Shown: piece by piece, positions 38,301 to 50,860 of the stretch
How positions within the stretch are numbered: position 1 is the first letter of the stretch
Layout of the letters: the number at the start of each line of letters is the position of its first letter
Assembly (NCBI RefSeq): GCF_964204865.1
Contig: NC_135258.1
Coordinates: forward strand, 9,176,001 to 9,240,000
DNA length: 64,000 bases
DNA from: Styela clava
Lineage: Eukaryota
Reading direction: 5' to 3'
The notes under the pieces: generated by a model
What the model was told of the DNA's origin: nothing
Seen by the model: the letters and a program-made list of their open reading frames with translations, nothing else
The model's database searches: none
Program-made: the position numbers and the translations under genes

Positions 38301-39038
38301 CTTGTAAATTATGCCGCGTATGTGCGGAGCTTAAACCGAAATTTTATTCCCCACCGTATGGCACATTAATCAAGGCCACCACACGGTCACGGAAAGACTG
38401 GGTATGGACTTCAAGGGACCTTTGCCATCGCGGACAAAGAATGTATACATGATAACCATTGCCGATGAATATTCTAGATTCCCATTTGTATTTCCATGCA
38501 CCAATCTTTCTTCCGCTTCAGTAATAAGCTGCCTTGAAAAATAATTTGCTCTGTTACTCCCTAATGCGTCACCGCTAAATGATGGATGCGACGTCTACCG
38601 AAATGAAGAGTTCAAAATTAAAATTTCAATTAGCTCTGACAATGCTAATAATGAAAGGATTGCCCCACGTCGTTCAACTCGAACTAACATTGGTGTTCAA
38701 CAGAACGCTATGGTTTTTAAATATAGACGGGAAGAATGTTATGAGAATTAAGTTAAGTCATTCCTGTTGCAGTGTGCTACACTTAGTTTATATTTCGTCA
38801 TTATTACATTATCGTTCTTTGTGTTGTGATCACTGATTATCGTCAAGCGACAACGGACTGCATTTGCCTTACTGCATTAGTTACGTGCCGTTACGAGTAT
38901 TAGACGGTAGTCCGATTAAGTTTGGTTATACTTAGTGACTCAATGTAATTATGTTGCATGTTCTTGTGTTTAGGTTAAGATGCGTTTTTAGTTTCTTAAA
39001 GCCATAATTTGGTGTATAATAAATAAACTGTCATAACA
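35369..39038 (+). mobile_element. Gypsy/Ty3 LTR retrotransposon (possibly Mag-like), decayed. LTRs 35369-35670 and 38737-39038
   Basis: 302-bp TG...CA LTRs with ~15 mismatches by eye, TSD tcgtg/tcggg and PPT gacgggaagaa. Coding order is gag (two CCHC knuckles), protease IDTGSS, RT, RNase H, integrase. Confidence 0.95.
35695..38545 (+). pseudogene. Disrupted gag-pol of the Gypsy element
   Basis: Recognisable segments: KPARLDL..AAKEWKHW, CIFCGYNYHNRLNC / CYKCDKKGHFANIC, DLKSAYHQI, PFGVTN, YLDN, AVEKEATAI, and the HHCC motif HEGLCHP..CRVC. Many stops and frameshifts; the integrase core is truncated. Confidence 0.9.
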
Positions 39039-41339
39039 TCGGGTATTATGCTTGCTGAACGTCAAAGCGGGACGTTTGACTGACCGGCCGGGACAAGACG
39101 TTGAAAAGTGCGCCTAAAACGGGACATATGGTAAGCGTAGCTATTACTTTTATTTATTCCCAAATTTTCCATGAATCCTTGATGTTTTCTATAGGAACAC
39201 TAGTCATAGCCGATCGTAAGTCGGAAACGCAGTGAGACATTACTTCTGTGCGCCCCATCAGGATGATTTTAGGGGTAGATTACCGACTTTATCCAATAAA
39301 AATCATAACTTGTATAGTTTTCATGATATATATATTTACCTACTGACTTTGCAACGCGCAACACTCGCAAAATAAGTTACCCCAATAGTGATTTTGTGTT
39401 TAGATAAAATGTAAAAAGACTAATTACCCGGTCCCGCGCAATTCTTTTCCCTTAGAGCCCCGCAATAACCGAGGCCCTGACACTAATTTATCATAATCAC
39501 CTTAATATACGCCTGTGATATATTCTGTGTTTTATCCATGGGTATATATGTGTTAGTTCATATTTGATATATGTACAAATCGACCTTGATCGCCATTAAA
39601 ATGTAAATAAATTACTGACGCTAAATTGCTTTCAGTCTCTCTATGAGGAATATTTTCTATTCAACAACTTTGAGCGCTGGGACAGTTGAAATTTTGTTAC
39701 TAATGCTTTGTGCTATAGTCCATTAGCGTTTATCGGTAAACGAAGTCGAAAGTTCAAATCTAGCACGAGTTGGAAATATGTAGTTGCTAACAGTCGGAAA
39801 ATCCAATAATCGACATTGAGCGATATACGCTTGAAGGTATTAACTTCTCATAATTGTAACTTTTTCAAAATATTTGGAATCAGATATATATCTATATATA
39901 GGTTGGATATACGAAAGCTTTAAGATGTCGCCAGGTGTATATCTGGCATGCACATTCTCATTGGTCCAGCTCAATGGTTTTTAAACTGGGGGGGCGAGAG
40001 GTCACAAGATTGAATCGAAAATTTCCTTGCAACGGCTCCTGAAACGGTCTTCACGTTCGTTAAAAATGCCGGCTTTTCCACGGTATAAAAAAAATTTCTG
40101 TCTCGTAATATTCAATCTATGACAACTGCAAAAATTCGAAATGTCCTTCCATTTTAATTCATTAGTGATTAGGACAAGGTAACTTGCGGTTGCGGCGACT
40201 CGCGACAAAATAAACAGATCTGATCTAATTACAGATCTGAAATACCCCGTTAATCCGCGGACATAATAATGTGAGATTAACTGCCTGATTATATTTAGTT
40301 TTGATATATATTGCGCTCCAGCGATTTCGTGATCGTTGTTAGAAAGATCTGGTTTGAACTTCCAGAAACTATATTTAATTTAGTACAATGAAAATGCATA
40401 TAAAGTATATTAGTTAATCAAATATTCATCTCCCGAAATTCCCGCGCTACGGCTTCTGAGTCAGTCGTCGAGATTACGCTGCCTGTCAAAAGAGCCGAAA
40501 TTTTCAACGGATATGAAATGTTTTTTCTGTTGAATAAAATATTCAATCCATGACTTAATACTGACGATATACATACTTAAAATGGTTGCTTCATGTATTA
40601 AGTTGTGATAAATCAAATCTGCGATTCAATACTACGGCAATCCGCGGACATAAAAATATGTGGCAAAGTGACTATTACATTTGGTTTTTATCCGTATTCT
40701 TGCAAATTAGACCAATATAAGTCGTCCCTGCAACTCTTACTCCACTGTCACTCGATTATTTTTAGGATATCACCGTTAGAAAAATTCCCAAGTCTGCGAT
40801 AAAATCTCACAGAGTAAAATTCATCTCAAGTCTGTAGTTTTAGAACACTACAGGTGTGCCGCATGCACAAGTAATTTATGATTTGCAATGTCTAAGAATT
40901 TTTTTGTTTAATTTGTCGCGGTCCATGCCAAAACAAAACTCATGGTGTTTTCCGTTTAATTTTTATTATTATTTAATGATGCCGCTTTTCCAATCAAGAC
41001 ATTTTTGGTTGCGAATTCACTTTTTTATTATATCTTTAGCATCTCGTCGCTAATGATTATATAAATAAAACTAACTCGTTTCCTCACAAGTGTCATGGTT
41101 CCACGTCATAACGAAAAAAACAAATCATCATCGTCTCGACACAAAACATATATATGTCAAGGGAGATTTCTGATTTAGGGAGAACAAACAAATAATAATT
41201 TTTTATGAATTAAATAACACGTCACGCTGGCGAAAACAATCGGAGATTTAAACAAAATGCAATCGCATACGTCATTAGCGACTTTATTTTTCAACGGTCA
41301 GGGGCCTGGAAAACGTCCACATGCATATTAACTATTAAA

Positions 41340-41450
41340 GGCGCTCTCAAAGTATGTGCACCAAGATTGCGCACAACTTGAACCCTAACCTGGTACACAT
41401 ACTATGTTCAGGTTGTGCGCCATCTTGGTGCACATACTTCTGGAGGTTCC
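41340..41450. mobile_element. Palindromic short MITE (same family as 29154-29262)
   Basis: aagtatgtgcaccaagattgcgcacaac...aaccctaacctggtacac...gttgtgcgccatcttggtgcacatactt. Confidence 0.8.
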
Positions 41451-42176
41451 TTTTAAAAATGTACACGAATTCATTTGCATTCTCCATTTTCTAAACTGTT
41501 GAATCTGATGCGTTTTATGCCTAAACAATCTGAGCAATGGTGATATGAGACCGACACTTTTACAGCGCCATCTTAATATAATGCACCTACCACAAAGGCA
41601 CTTTTCAAAGCAAGAAGTAGGGGGGGGGGGGGGGGTGCGAAGTTTGTAAATTTTTTCAAAGGGGGGCGCGGCTCGAAAAGTTTAAAAACCACTGCTAGCT
41701 GCTCGAGTTGTTGGATTAGAAGTGAGGCCTATTCAAATTGATGTTGTTCGTTATGCTGCTTGGAAAATTTTCTCCTCAACTCATGGACTACAAGGCAAAA
41801 TTTTCAGAACTCGAAGATGGATGATATTTTTATTCAATTTCTTCCGGAGTCTCGCGGGTTCCTTCGCGGTAACACGGTTAGGTGACATATTGTTCGTCCC
41901 CTAAACCTAAAGGACATCATGAGACAACTTTTTATAAACTTGATTGTAGGTTAGCTTGTACGAGAAACTTAGCACGCGGAAGTTTGTTCCAATGACGCTC
42001 AAGACCTGGCGTATGATGTCATTCGCTTTAGTAGGAAATAGGATTTCTAACACACGGTTGATCACTTGCGCGGGATCGTAAGTTAGATTTTCACGTGGCC
42101 TTTTTATATAATATGTGTGCGAGATAATTGCTGGACTTTTCATTGTCTGGAATGACCGGCCGTTGGTCAGTTATAG

Positions 42177-44370
42177 CAGTGTTTTTCAACCGGGGTGCCG
42201 CGGCACGCCGGTGTGCCGTGAAATATTGCCAGGGGTGCCGTGGGAAATTCTCTAATTTGTGTGTCTATGTGGTGTAGCGCCGGCAGAGTAATCATGTAGT
42301 ACTGTTCCATATCAGAAGGTGATGGCGATTTGCCTTGTGCTTGCAAACGAGAGAAATAGTCACGCATGGATGCAGCTGTGGCCGGGACCCCGGGAAATCT
42401 CGATCCCAAAATCCCGGAATTTGGACTGTTTTTTTCAATCCCGATCCCGCAATTATTTCCTAAAAATTCCGGGATTTTAAGGCTTTGTTATCCACATATG
42501 GATATTCTCGTAAATGGTAGGTTATGCCATTTTATTTAATATTTATTTTGAAAAAAAAGCCTTACAGTTTGAGTCAGTGAGACTAAGTGGAAACATTGTG
42601 CGAAATTTTTCTCAAATTGTACCAAGGAATTATTATTTGACTAGTAGAATTGCCATTATTGCCGACTTATTTAATTATATATATCTTGAACTTAAAATAG
42701 AATAAAGATTCACGCAAGATTCATGACTTTGCAAGATTTTTATTCACTATTTAATACGAAAATAAAACAGCCACAATAGAAATGTAAAATCAAGTAGGTC
42801 AACTATCGTCTTCATAAATATCCGCATTCCGGCGTCAGAAACGATAATATTTTTAGCTTAAAATTGGGACAAGTAATTTACAAACGGTGAAAAGAAAGAT
42901 CAGAGCGGTTAAAAAATGGAATAAAATCCCGAATTCAACCCGATATTTAAAACAATTGTTTTAAATCAAGTTTTTTTTGCCTGTTTGTTCAAAATGGCTG
43001 TACTATTTGATTTTTTTGTATTAAATAGGTTGAAGAAAAATGGATGTAAAAACTTGACAAGCGCTTCTTATTTGCAATAAATTCTTCAAAACGCCACAAA
43101 TAACGATAAAGGCTCATGCACACCTTCCTCAAGCTGTAGTCGGTGGTTGGCGCAGTAAGACGCAACCGATAACGTAACGTAACCATTACGTAAACGACCC
43201 TGCGACGAATCCACCTTGCGAAAATTGAAATGCGATCGAATAAATGATATTGTATAACCTTGAAAAACTCTTATCACTTCAACTTTTAAAAACAAAGCTT
43301 GCTAAGCTAAGCATAAATTACCCGAACAGTATTAACCGTAATAAAGCCTTCATTTTATGAGAAAATGTCAATACATGAACTCGAAATCCACATCATTGCG
43401 TCATAACAGATTAGTTGAAGCGTATTTGCATCAGAGAATCTTACAATTAACATATAGGCCAGGCTAGCGTGTCTCATCCGCCGTCGATGTAAGCATATTC
43501 TTCATTCTCGCAACCCACTCGTTTTGCCGAAGGCTGTCATTCCCCTAATTGATTTTGTAGTAGGCTTCTGAGCCAATTTTCATGATTTTTCTTACTCAAA
43601 ACGTCTCTTTGAATCTCGGATAAACATTCCGGTTGAAATCTTATGACTTTTGTGGAGATACGAAAGTAGGGCTGGGCATTTTCGAATACCTGATGATTTC
43701 AGAATCGAATCGAATATTTTTTTCGAATTGAATCTCGAATACTTGGGGAGATATATAATTGTATGTAACTTTCTTCTTGTATTTGGTCCTCCATACACAA
43801 AAATTACTAGAAACGTAAAATACATCACTCAGACAGATTGCTGAGCGTTTACACACAATAAAAAACACGTTTTTATCAAGAACTCACTACAGAAAAGAGT
43901 CCTAGGTCAGAATTGCGTTGAAAAAATATGACTTCATAAAAAAAAATTGAGAAGAAAAAAACAAGATGGCGGCGATTCGAAATGCCCAGCCCTATACGAA
44001 AGTCGCGATAAATGTACGCAATAGAAGTAGAAGTCAAAATAGGAATTTTGACTTACATTTTCAAAATTATAATTCCGGCTGCGTGTACAGCTGCCCGAAT
44101 ACAACGTTTTGGCGTAGTTTCGCGGCGATGCAAGGGGTATTTCAATAAAAAATACAGAGAAAATATGATTTAAAACAAGCCCTTGTTTTAAAACACGATG
44201 TTTTTTTTAGAATTGATAAAAAACAAACTCGGTAACTATTAACCATTTGTTCGCGTTCGATTATCGTACTATTTATGAGTAGAAAATGTTCGTGTTTTGT
44301 GATAGGTGTGCCGCGAATATTTAATAAGCTAAACAGTGTGCCGCGATATAAAAAAGGTTGGGAACCAATG
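42177..44370. mobile_element. hAT non-autonomous element with nested insertions
   Basis: TIRs cagtgtttttcaacc / ggttgggaaccaatg, gtgccg subterminal repeats, and an 8-bp TSD agttatag. Confidence 0.8.
43667..43994. mobile_element. hAT MITE nested in the 42177-44370 element
   Basis: TIRs tagggctgggcattt / aaatgcccagcccta with an 8-bp TSD tacgaaag. Confidence 0.9.
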
Positions 44371-44719
44371 AGTTATAGCATACAACGCCATTCGAATTTA
44401 GTAGGTACTGCAAATCCGATCCCAATGAAATGAATGGGATTAGGACATGCTGAAATGAAGAACAACTGCATTACTGCATACTGTACTAAAAATATCGACA
44501 TCCCGGTAGGATATTCCAAGCGGATAAGAAAGATGTGCTCTATTAACCGGATGTTTTAAAAGTTACCTAAGACATTCGGGTCACTTTTGCACGATTTTTA
44601 CCCTCAAGTACCCAATATAGTCCGATTGTGATCGAATATAAGCGCGTATGTCGCACTATTCATTGCTGTAGGATAGTTTTTTATACCCGTCCGGAGAAGT
44701 CGGAGTACTCATTGATTTC

Positions 44720-44935
44720 TATGATAGGTCTTTCATTTTTGCCCCGAGGAGAGCAAAGCCGATAATAGGACTTAATCATATGGTGAACATGGGCTCCCGC
44801 CTGGTTGCCAGTCCATCTCTCGTTTGGGAATAGTTAAACAGTCGCTCTTTTTAGATACGGACTCGATGGTGTGGAAGCCGTGAAGAAATACTATCGGCTA
44901 TAACTATCCTCCGCGGGATTCGAAGCTGCCAAACG
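44720..44935 (-). mobile_element. SINE family A copy, antisense
   Basis: The reverse complement matches the SINE A 3' body (gttcaccatatgattaagtcc, ttatcggcttt) and has a B-box-like cttcgaatcccg. Confidence 0.65.
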
Positions 44936-45229
44936 TCGACTTATTGTCACTGGAAAACTCTTGATTTCTTTGCCTACTAAACCATCATCGAGTATATTTT
45001 TATTCTTCTTAGAATAAAACGCATGGTCGTATCGCTCCCTCCAGTCCAAACCAAAGAAACGTTATTCGCATTGCTTTATATTTATTATTTTTATCAATGT
45101 CACAGGTCACTGCAACAGCGAATGATGATCCATCTCAATCGGAGTGTTTCTAAGAGGAATTCAAACCGAATGACTTTCACAGATTCGCCGACTAGTGCCA
45201 GGTTTTAAATACGACACAGAATATAGGTG

Positions 45230-45340
45230 TTATTTGATTTCACGTATACCCAGTCTGATGAATTGTAACACATCTAATAACAGATACAAATTGACAGATA
45301 CGAGCCTCAAATCTATTCTGAAAATTGCCGCAACTAACGG
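45230..45340 (+). pseudogene. Possible relic of a hAT transposase dimerization domain
   Basis: MNCNTSNNRYKLTDTSLKSILKIAA resembles the R-x-x-LTD-x-x-L-x-x-IL-x-IA motif at the hAT C-terminus. Confidence 0.3.
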
Positions 45341-46086
45341 TATCTATCAGTTTTACACTTGCATGGTCTGCCAGTCGAGTTCAAAAGATAGTAGGCCTGT
45401 GATTTAAGAACTTTTGTCGATCTATGAGACAAACGAATGATTGAAAGACATATAACGTGGTTTGGGGCGTGGTTTATGAAGTGTTCCACAAAAAAATGCT
45501 CTGTTGAAAATGCACAAGAGTATGTTACAAGTCTCCTTTCCCGAAGTTGCTGCTAATTCCTGCAAAAACGTCGCTAGTGTCAAGTGACATAAAGATATCA
45601 AGAAATGTTTCAATATAATTCGTTAGGTCAAAATTATTCAAAAGTGAAACGACTGCCAGATGCTTGTCCCATATATGCAAATGTAAGACTATGCTGGCCA
45701 TCGTTTCTCTTATTAAAATATTGAAATTAAACCTAAACCCCAATTGATTCAAATAGCTTGCAATAGGATACAATTTAATCTCGTTAGCTAGCATGCTCCT
45801 AGTTACCTAGCACCTGAATGCACCCTTCTTTTGTGCAACTTAATGATATGCTCTTGCGTAGAGTATGTTGCCATATCCGGCAAAGGAAATTAGCTAACTC
45901 ATAACTCACAAGTCACAACCTAGAACAAAATATACCTTTCTCGGATTTGCCCTTCGATTTATTGAAATACCAGATAAAACAATTTGAAATATTTTCCTAT
46001 TTATTTTGTCACAACTGAAGTAGGTTATGGAAAATGAACTAATCACTGGAAACAAATTTATAAATATAGTCAGTCCATGTAGAAAC

Positions 46087-47646
46087 CTAAGATTGTCCAG
46101 GCTTTGCAAACAAAACGGAATCCCTTTCAAACTCTATCCTCGCTGTAAAAAAATTTGAGCGAGTTTATTTTAGATTAAATTTGAAACCTCGTAAATATTG
46201 AAATGTGAACACATTTAACAGCAATGCTTAAAAGCTTCAGATGAAAAGGAAATACAAAGTTTGAAAATCATAAAAGGAATATGAGTATTTAAAGAGATGG
46301 CTTCAAATGGACAGTGCTCCAATGAAGTTTGCAATATCATGAAAACAATAGAATTGATTAAGTATGATTTGGTACATAGTATGATTGCATAGCTGTACGA
46401 ATTCATTCAAAATACTTGGTCTAAACCAGTAGTTATCAAACTTTTCAGGCTGTCTCCCAATTTTAGAATTTGTCAAGTCTCGTGCCCCACCTCGAAAATA
46501 ACAAGCTATCAAATAACAGATAATAAGGCGAAAGTATGTTTTATGAAGTTTTGAAATGTAAATATCCAAAATGAAGCAGGCAAGATCAAATCTAATGAAT
46601 ATTTTTATTTTTAAGCTTCCCGGCCCCTCAAAAAATTGTCTACGATCGCGGCCCACCGTTTGAGAACGTTTGGTAAAATTCAGAATTACTCATCAATAGA
46701 ACATGCCCCAAAAATGTCACCATCACATATTTTAGAAATCATTAACTGCAGTTTAGCAATGCAAGCTTTTATAATACTCAATATTGACGACCTTAAATAA
46801 TGATCTTGAAAAAAATCAGCCAGAAAAATAAATCTAGATAAATTACCTCTATCTCTAGCTTCCTCCTTTTGTGTCAAATATTTTTGTACTTTTTCATTTT
46901 CCACAACTCTTTCCTTCTCTCTCAATGCTGTGACTTTATCTACAAAGCAAGAGTTTGGAAGATATCAATGGTGGATGTTAAAATATTTTCCATTTGACAA
47001 ACAGATACTTATTACTAGAATTTATCTTGACTTGGATAATAATTGTGCATAAAAGGATTTCCATCTCCTTTGCCAATTCAGGATGGTTCATGTAACCGTT
47101 TGTGGCTCAAAACTTCCACAAGTATTCAAATCCATACAACTGAAACAATAAACTTTAACTACTCCCAAGCCATCACCGCATCCCCGGGCATAAATGAAAA
47201 TATCGCAAGAAGGTTTTGATTATGAATCACACTTACTGTTTTTTCTGTATCCATATGTGACTCCAAGTAACAGTAATGACCATCTTGCAGTCTGAAAAAT
47301 AATGAAAACATTTTTCTTTCATACCATATATAAATATTTATCTAAGTAGATGTTATAACATTAAGCTTGAAATTTAGCTTGCAAGTTATGTCTAATCTAC
47401 CATACTAGTCTTCGTTCAAATTTCTCAATGATAACTTGAATTATTAAAATCGTCATAATATGATTCAATTTTGCCTTTCGCCCCAGCGGAGTACGAGTTT
47501 TGACTTTTGGTATAAACGAATTTTGCTCTACTGAGCATGAAATTGAGTTGAAGATTACTTTTTGCTAGTTGCATGGTATAAAACATTTCGATATAATTTA
47601 AAAGACTTACCTTTATCAAAGGTGAAACAGCGAGAGGAGCAGACAT
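46087..47646 (-). CDS. ATP5ME: Mitochondrial ATP synthase subunit e, 79 aa. Exons 47646-47611, 47291-47237, 46939-46847, 46142-46087
   Basis: MSAPLAVSPLIK|TARWSLLLLGVTYGYRKN|NKVTALREKERVVENEKVQKYLTQKEEARDR|ARIEFERDSVLFAKPGQS*. It has the VSPLIK..R.S.L..G..YG signature, a GxxxG TM motif and a charged coiled tail; phases are consistent. Not assembled in the ORF track. Confidence 0.9.
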
Positions 47647-48758
47647 ATTGATTTAAATTATAATCTAGAAAAAATTCAAAAGGTAGAAAATGAGTCAGAA
47701 AATATATAAAAAGATGTTTACTTCACACATCCAGCAGAAATATGACAACTGTGGTAAAAATAATGTGGGTAAGCACTCCGGAAATGATCAATCAAGCATA
47801 CGTGATAATAATATTATCCTATTATGTTCATGTTCCCAATAATATCATTGCTACTATTTGCATATCATTAACTCCTTGATCAATAGTAAGGAAAATTGAC
47901 CATACTCTGTACAGCTTACATTTAGTAATAGTTTTCCTTCTAACTTCAAATTAAAAATTATATACGAATATGCCAATAAATGCAAGTTACAACTTGATAG
48001 TATGATTATTCCCTCCAACATAAAATAGTCAAATGATATAGATTCAAAATTTTTCTATCTTATTCAATATTAATCTAACCATCATATGCAGGAAACGGGG
48101 AAAAACTTGTCTCCATAATTCCTAAAAAGCAGCAAACAGACTATTTGCACTGCATAAAAATTTTAGAGTGGAAAATGAAAAAAGGAGGTATGAGCTTGTT
48201 CCATTGGTCTTCTGGGAAGTTTATATAACAAAATTAGTGATAAATTTTGATTATCAATCAATATGCCATATTTTATTTTGACACAAATATTAAGAATGCA
48301 GTATTAAGAAATCCTTTTTGTGTAAACATTGCAGTACAATATTTTAAGAGCAGCTTTTCTTGGAAAGGCAAAAATATTACGTACACAAAACATACAAACG
48401 ATTAACTACACAAATTTTAATTTTTTCAAATTTTTTTCCTTCACATTTCATTCTCAAATAGTTTAATTCAATAATTCAAATATAAAATGAATAATTCAAT
48501 AATTCAAATATAAAATGAATTATCAAATCAAGTTGAAAATTAAGCAAATGTTTGCTTTCAATCAGAAAATACTTCAGTCCAGTGCAACTTTAAATAAAAA
48601 TGAACAAGGGTTGACTTCATTATGATTAGACCCTTAAAAATATCCCTTATCCTCCAACTGTCTAACCACATGAAAAACCCATTCCTTCAACCTCAAAAGC
48701 TGACATCACTTTTCAGTAATTTACAACACCCGATCACAATATTCCATATGCATAGTAA

Positions 48759-49289
48759 CTAAACAGGCACACTATTTGAAGGAACTGATCGGGCTGTTTT
48801 ATAAATTGAAAAATAATTTGATGGCGCATGACATACAAAATTAACAAAATCCATCAATCTCGGAAAATCTTCTTCTGGTCCTAAATAAAATGATTCTGGA
48901 TCAAAAGGCTTTGAATGATCAAATTGTTCTGTTGGCAAAAGCCATGTAAGCACAACAGATTTTTCACACAGTGGATCTATTAAAAATGACCTGCATTGTG
49001 CATAATATTTTTGTCCATCGTCAACATCCACCACAAAAACCACATCTCCAGTTTGGTAATACTGTCCTTTATAAAAAATACAGTCACTTGTTGTGATAGA
49101 TGAAAACGTGCCTTTGCCCTTAAAAGTGGTCTTCTGCTTGAAAATCACCCGCCTGCTTTTTCCTTTTGTTGGCAACCGCCTTTCCGACGTTTTTTGTTTT
49201 GAGGTTTTTAATCTTGCTGAAGCTCGCTTACCACCATTACCATTGCCAGAACCATCATTATCGTTGATCTCTTGTTTTGACTTGTCCAT
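48759..49289 (-). CDS. GATAD1: GATAD1-like protein, 176 aa, intronless, no GATA finger
   Basis: KGKSRRVIFK, IFYKGQYYQTGDVV..D..DG..YYAQ, CEKS..LTWL.PT, FDP.S..GPEED.PR.M and FVCHAPS.YF match the conserved GATAD1 C-terminal region. Confidence 0.88.
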   Translation of the reverse strand: MDKSKQEINDNDGSGNGNGGKRASARLKTSKQKTSERRLPTKGKSRRVIFKQKTTFKGKGTFSSITTSDCIFYKGQYYQTGDVVFVVDVDDGQKYYAQCRSFLIDPLCEKSVVLTWLLPTEQFDHSKPFDPESFYLGPEEDFPRLMDFVNFVCHAPSNYFSIYKTARSVPSNSVPV

Positions 49290-49930
49290 AATTAGGCCAA
49301 ACTCAATGTAAATTCAGAATCACTGCTTCTACAAACCAGCAGAACGCCATTCTCAAATGAGCCAAGAAAACCAAGCAGCAAACCTCACTACTTCACCAAG
49401 TGTTAACCTCTAAAAGCAGAGATCATTGAAATTTATAGATGCCAGATTTTGTGTGAGTGTTGTCTCACACGTCGTTGGCAGTTATCTTTACTGTTATTTT
49501 TTGAATATTTGTGACTATTGTTATTATTTTACTATTTGTGCATAATAAATTTTACAATTAAACAACTACCACGCCATGTTAAGAACGTAACGGTAGACAC
49601 TTGCAGTGCTTACAGCAGAAATGTCAAAAATAAGCATACTCAAAATACTGCATTCAAATTCTGAACATCGCCGATGATATATTTGTAGAAGTAAAATGAA
49701 ATTTCAAAAGATGTTATTTAGTAAGCAAAGTCCGCATTACGACAAACAGCGATGTGTACATATGTTATACATTTGAATACAATTTGCAACCACACGCACA
49801 CAATTAAAAACTTTCGTCATAAACACATTCCGTGTACCGTAATTTTTCTGTAAAGTAAAGAAAATGATAAATGCTTAGATTCTGCAGTGAATAATTCTGA
49901 AATCTTAATACTTGATACACCAATCTAATA

Positions 49931-50326
49931 CAGTGCTCTTCAACAGGGGTTCCACATGCAGTGGGGTTCCTCCGTGAGTTTATAGGGTTCCTTGGGGGTT
50001 CCGCGTAAAGGAAAAAATGACTGCTGGGTCAGTGAAATTGCAAAAAAATGATTATTCTTCTTTTCCATTTTTGGATGATTTTCTAAGTGCGCAACAGCAA
50101 GAAGGACTCCTAGATATCCGTAATGAAAAAAAATGCAATAACAACCTAGTCATTGAATTTCACGCTTGTAACCTTCTTTCTGTTTCGTTGTTGAGGTGGA
50201 AATATTTGAATTACAAATATTTCGTGTTACGAGTATTTCGTGTTTTATTTTTGTTATTTGGGGTTCCATAAAAAACGAAAAATGATATCAGGGGTTCCGC
50301 AATAACAAAAAGGTTGAAGAGCACTG
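49931..50326. mobile_element. hAT MITE
   Basis: TIRs cagtgctcttcaac / gttgaagagcactg, ggggttcc subterminal repeats, and an 8-bp TSD atctaata. Confidence 0.92.
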
Positions 50327-50860
50327 ATCTAATATGAATCAATTCTCCAAGGACCTGAATTTTTGAATGCAAAATATGATGAAAGATTTTAACAATTTCA
50401 CATTAGCTGAAATTTCTGAATGTTTATGCCAATCAATCAAACAAATCGTTTCTTATTAGCTCAGTTTATGTCGTATGGGTTTTTCATGTTTGTCACGGAA
50501 AAAGGTAAGCCGACGAGACGGAATTTTAACAGCGTGTGTTAAATGTAGGCCTATCAAAACAAACAATGTCTCGATGCTCGATTTAATTGCTCATATGATT
50601 TATAATATCATTCTTTTCGTCCGTTGTTTGTGTACCGCATCCGTGCCATGGAAAAAGATTAGGGATGTCAGGGATTCTTTGTTATATTTCTTTGATTTTG
50701 TTATAATTTGACTTTCAGTCATTAAACCTGAATGTCAATCGTCCGTAAGTTTTCATACAGGCGTTTAACTATTTATATTTTGTGTCCGAGCTATCAAAAC
50801 GTTGTAGCTAATTTCATACGAAAGAGTATATATATCAGTGTGGTTATGGGAAAATAACTT

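Larger units (their letters stand above)
34914..39139. mobile_element. hAT-type non-autonomous element hosting the Gypsy insertion
   Basis: TIRs tagggttacc[insert]atatgt / acatatggtaagcgta, cgggac subterminal repeats, and a perfect 8-bp TSD gctattac (34906-34913 and 39140-39147). Confidence 0.8.

Noticed and set aside
39972-41694. One hAT element bounded by caatggtttttaaac and gtttaaaaaccactg
   Set aside because: The ends look like TIRs but no matching 8-bp TSD was found, so the boundaries are unsupported.
47040-47145. Possible H/ACA snoRNA in ATP5ME intron 2 (minus strand: two small hairpins, ACATGA, terminal ACA)
   Set aside because: The stems are short and the ACA is not adjacent to the second hairpin. 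An Infernal/snoReport hit would be needed.
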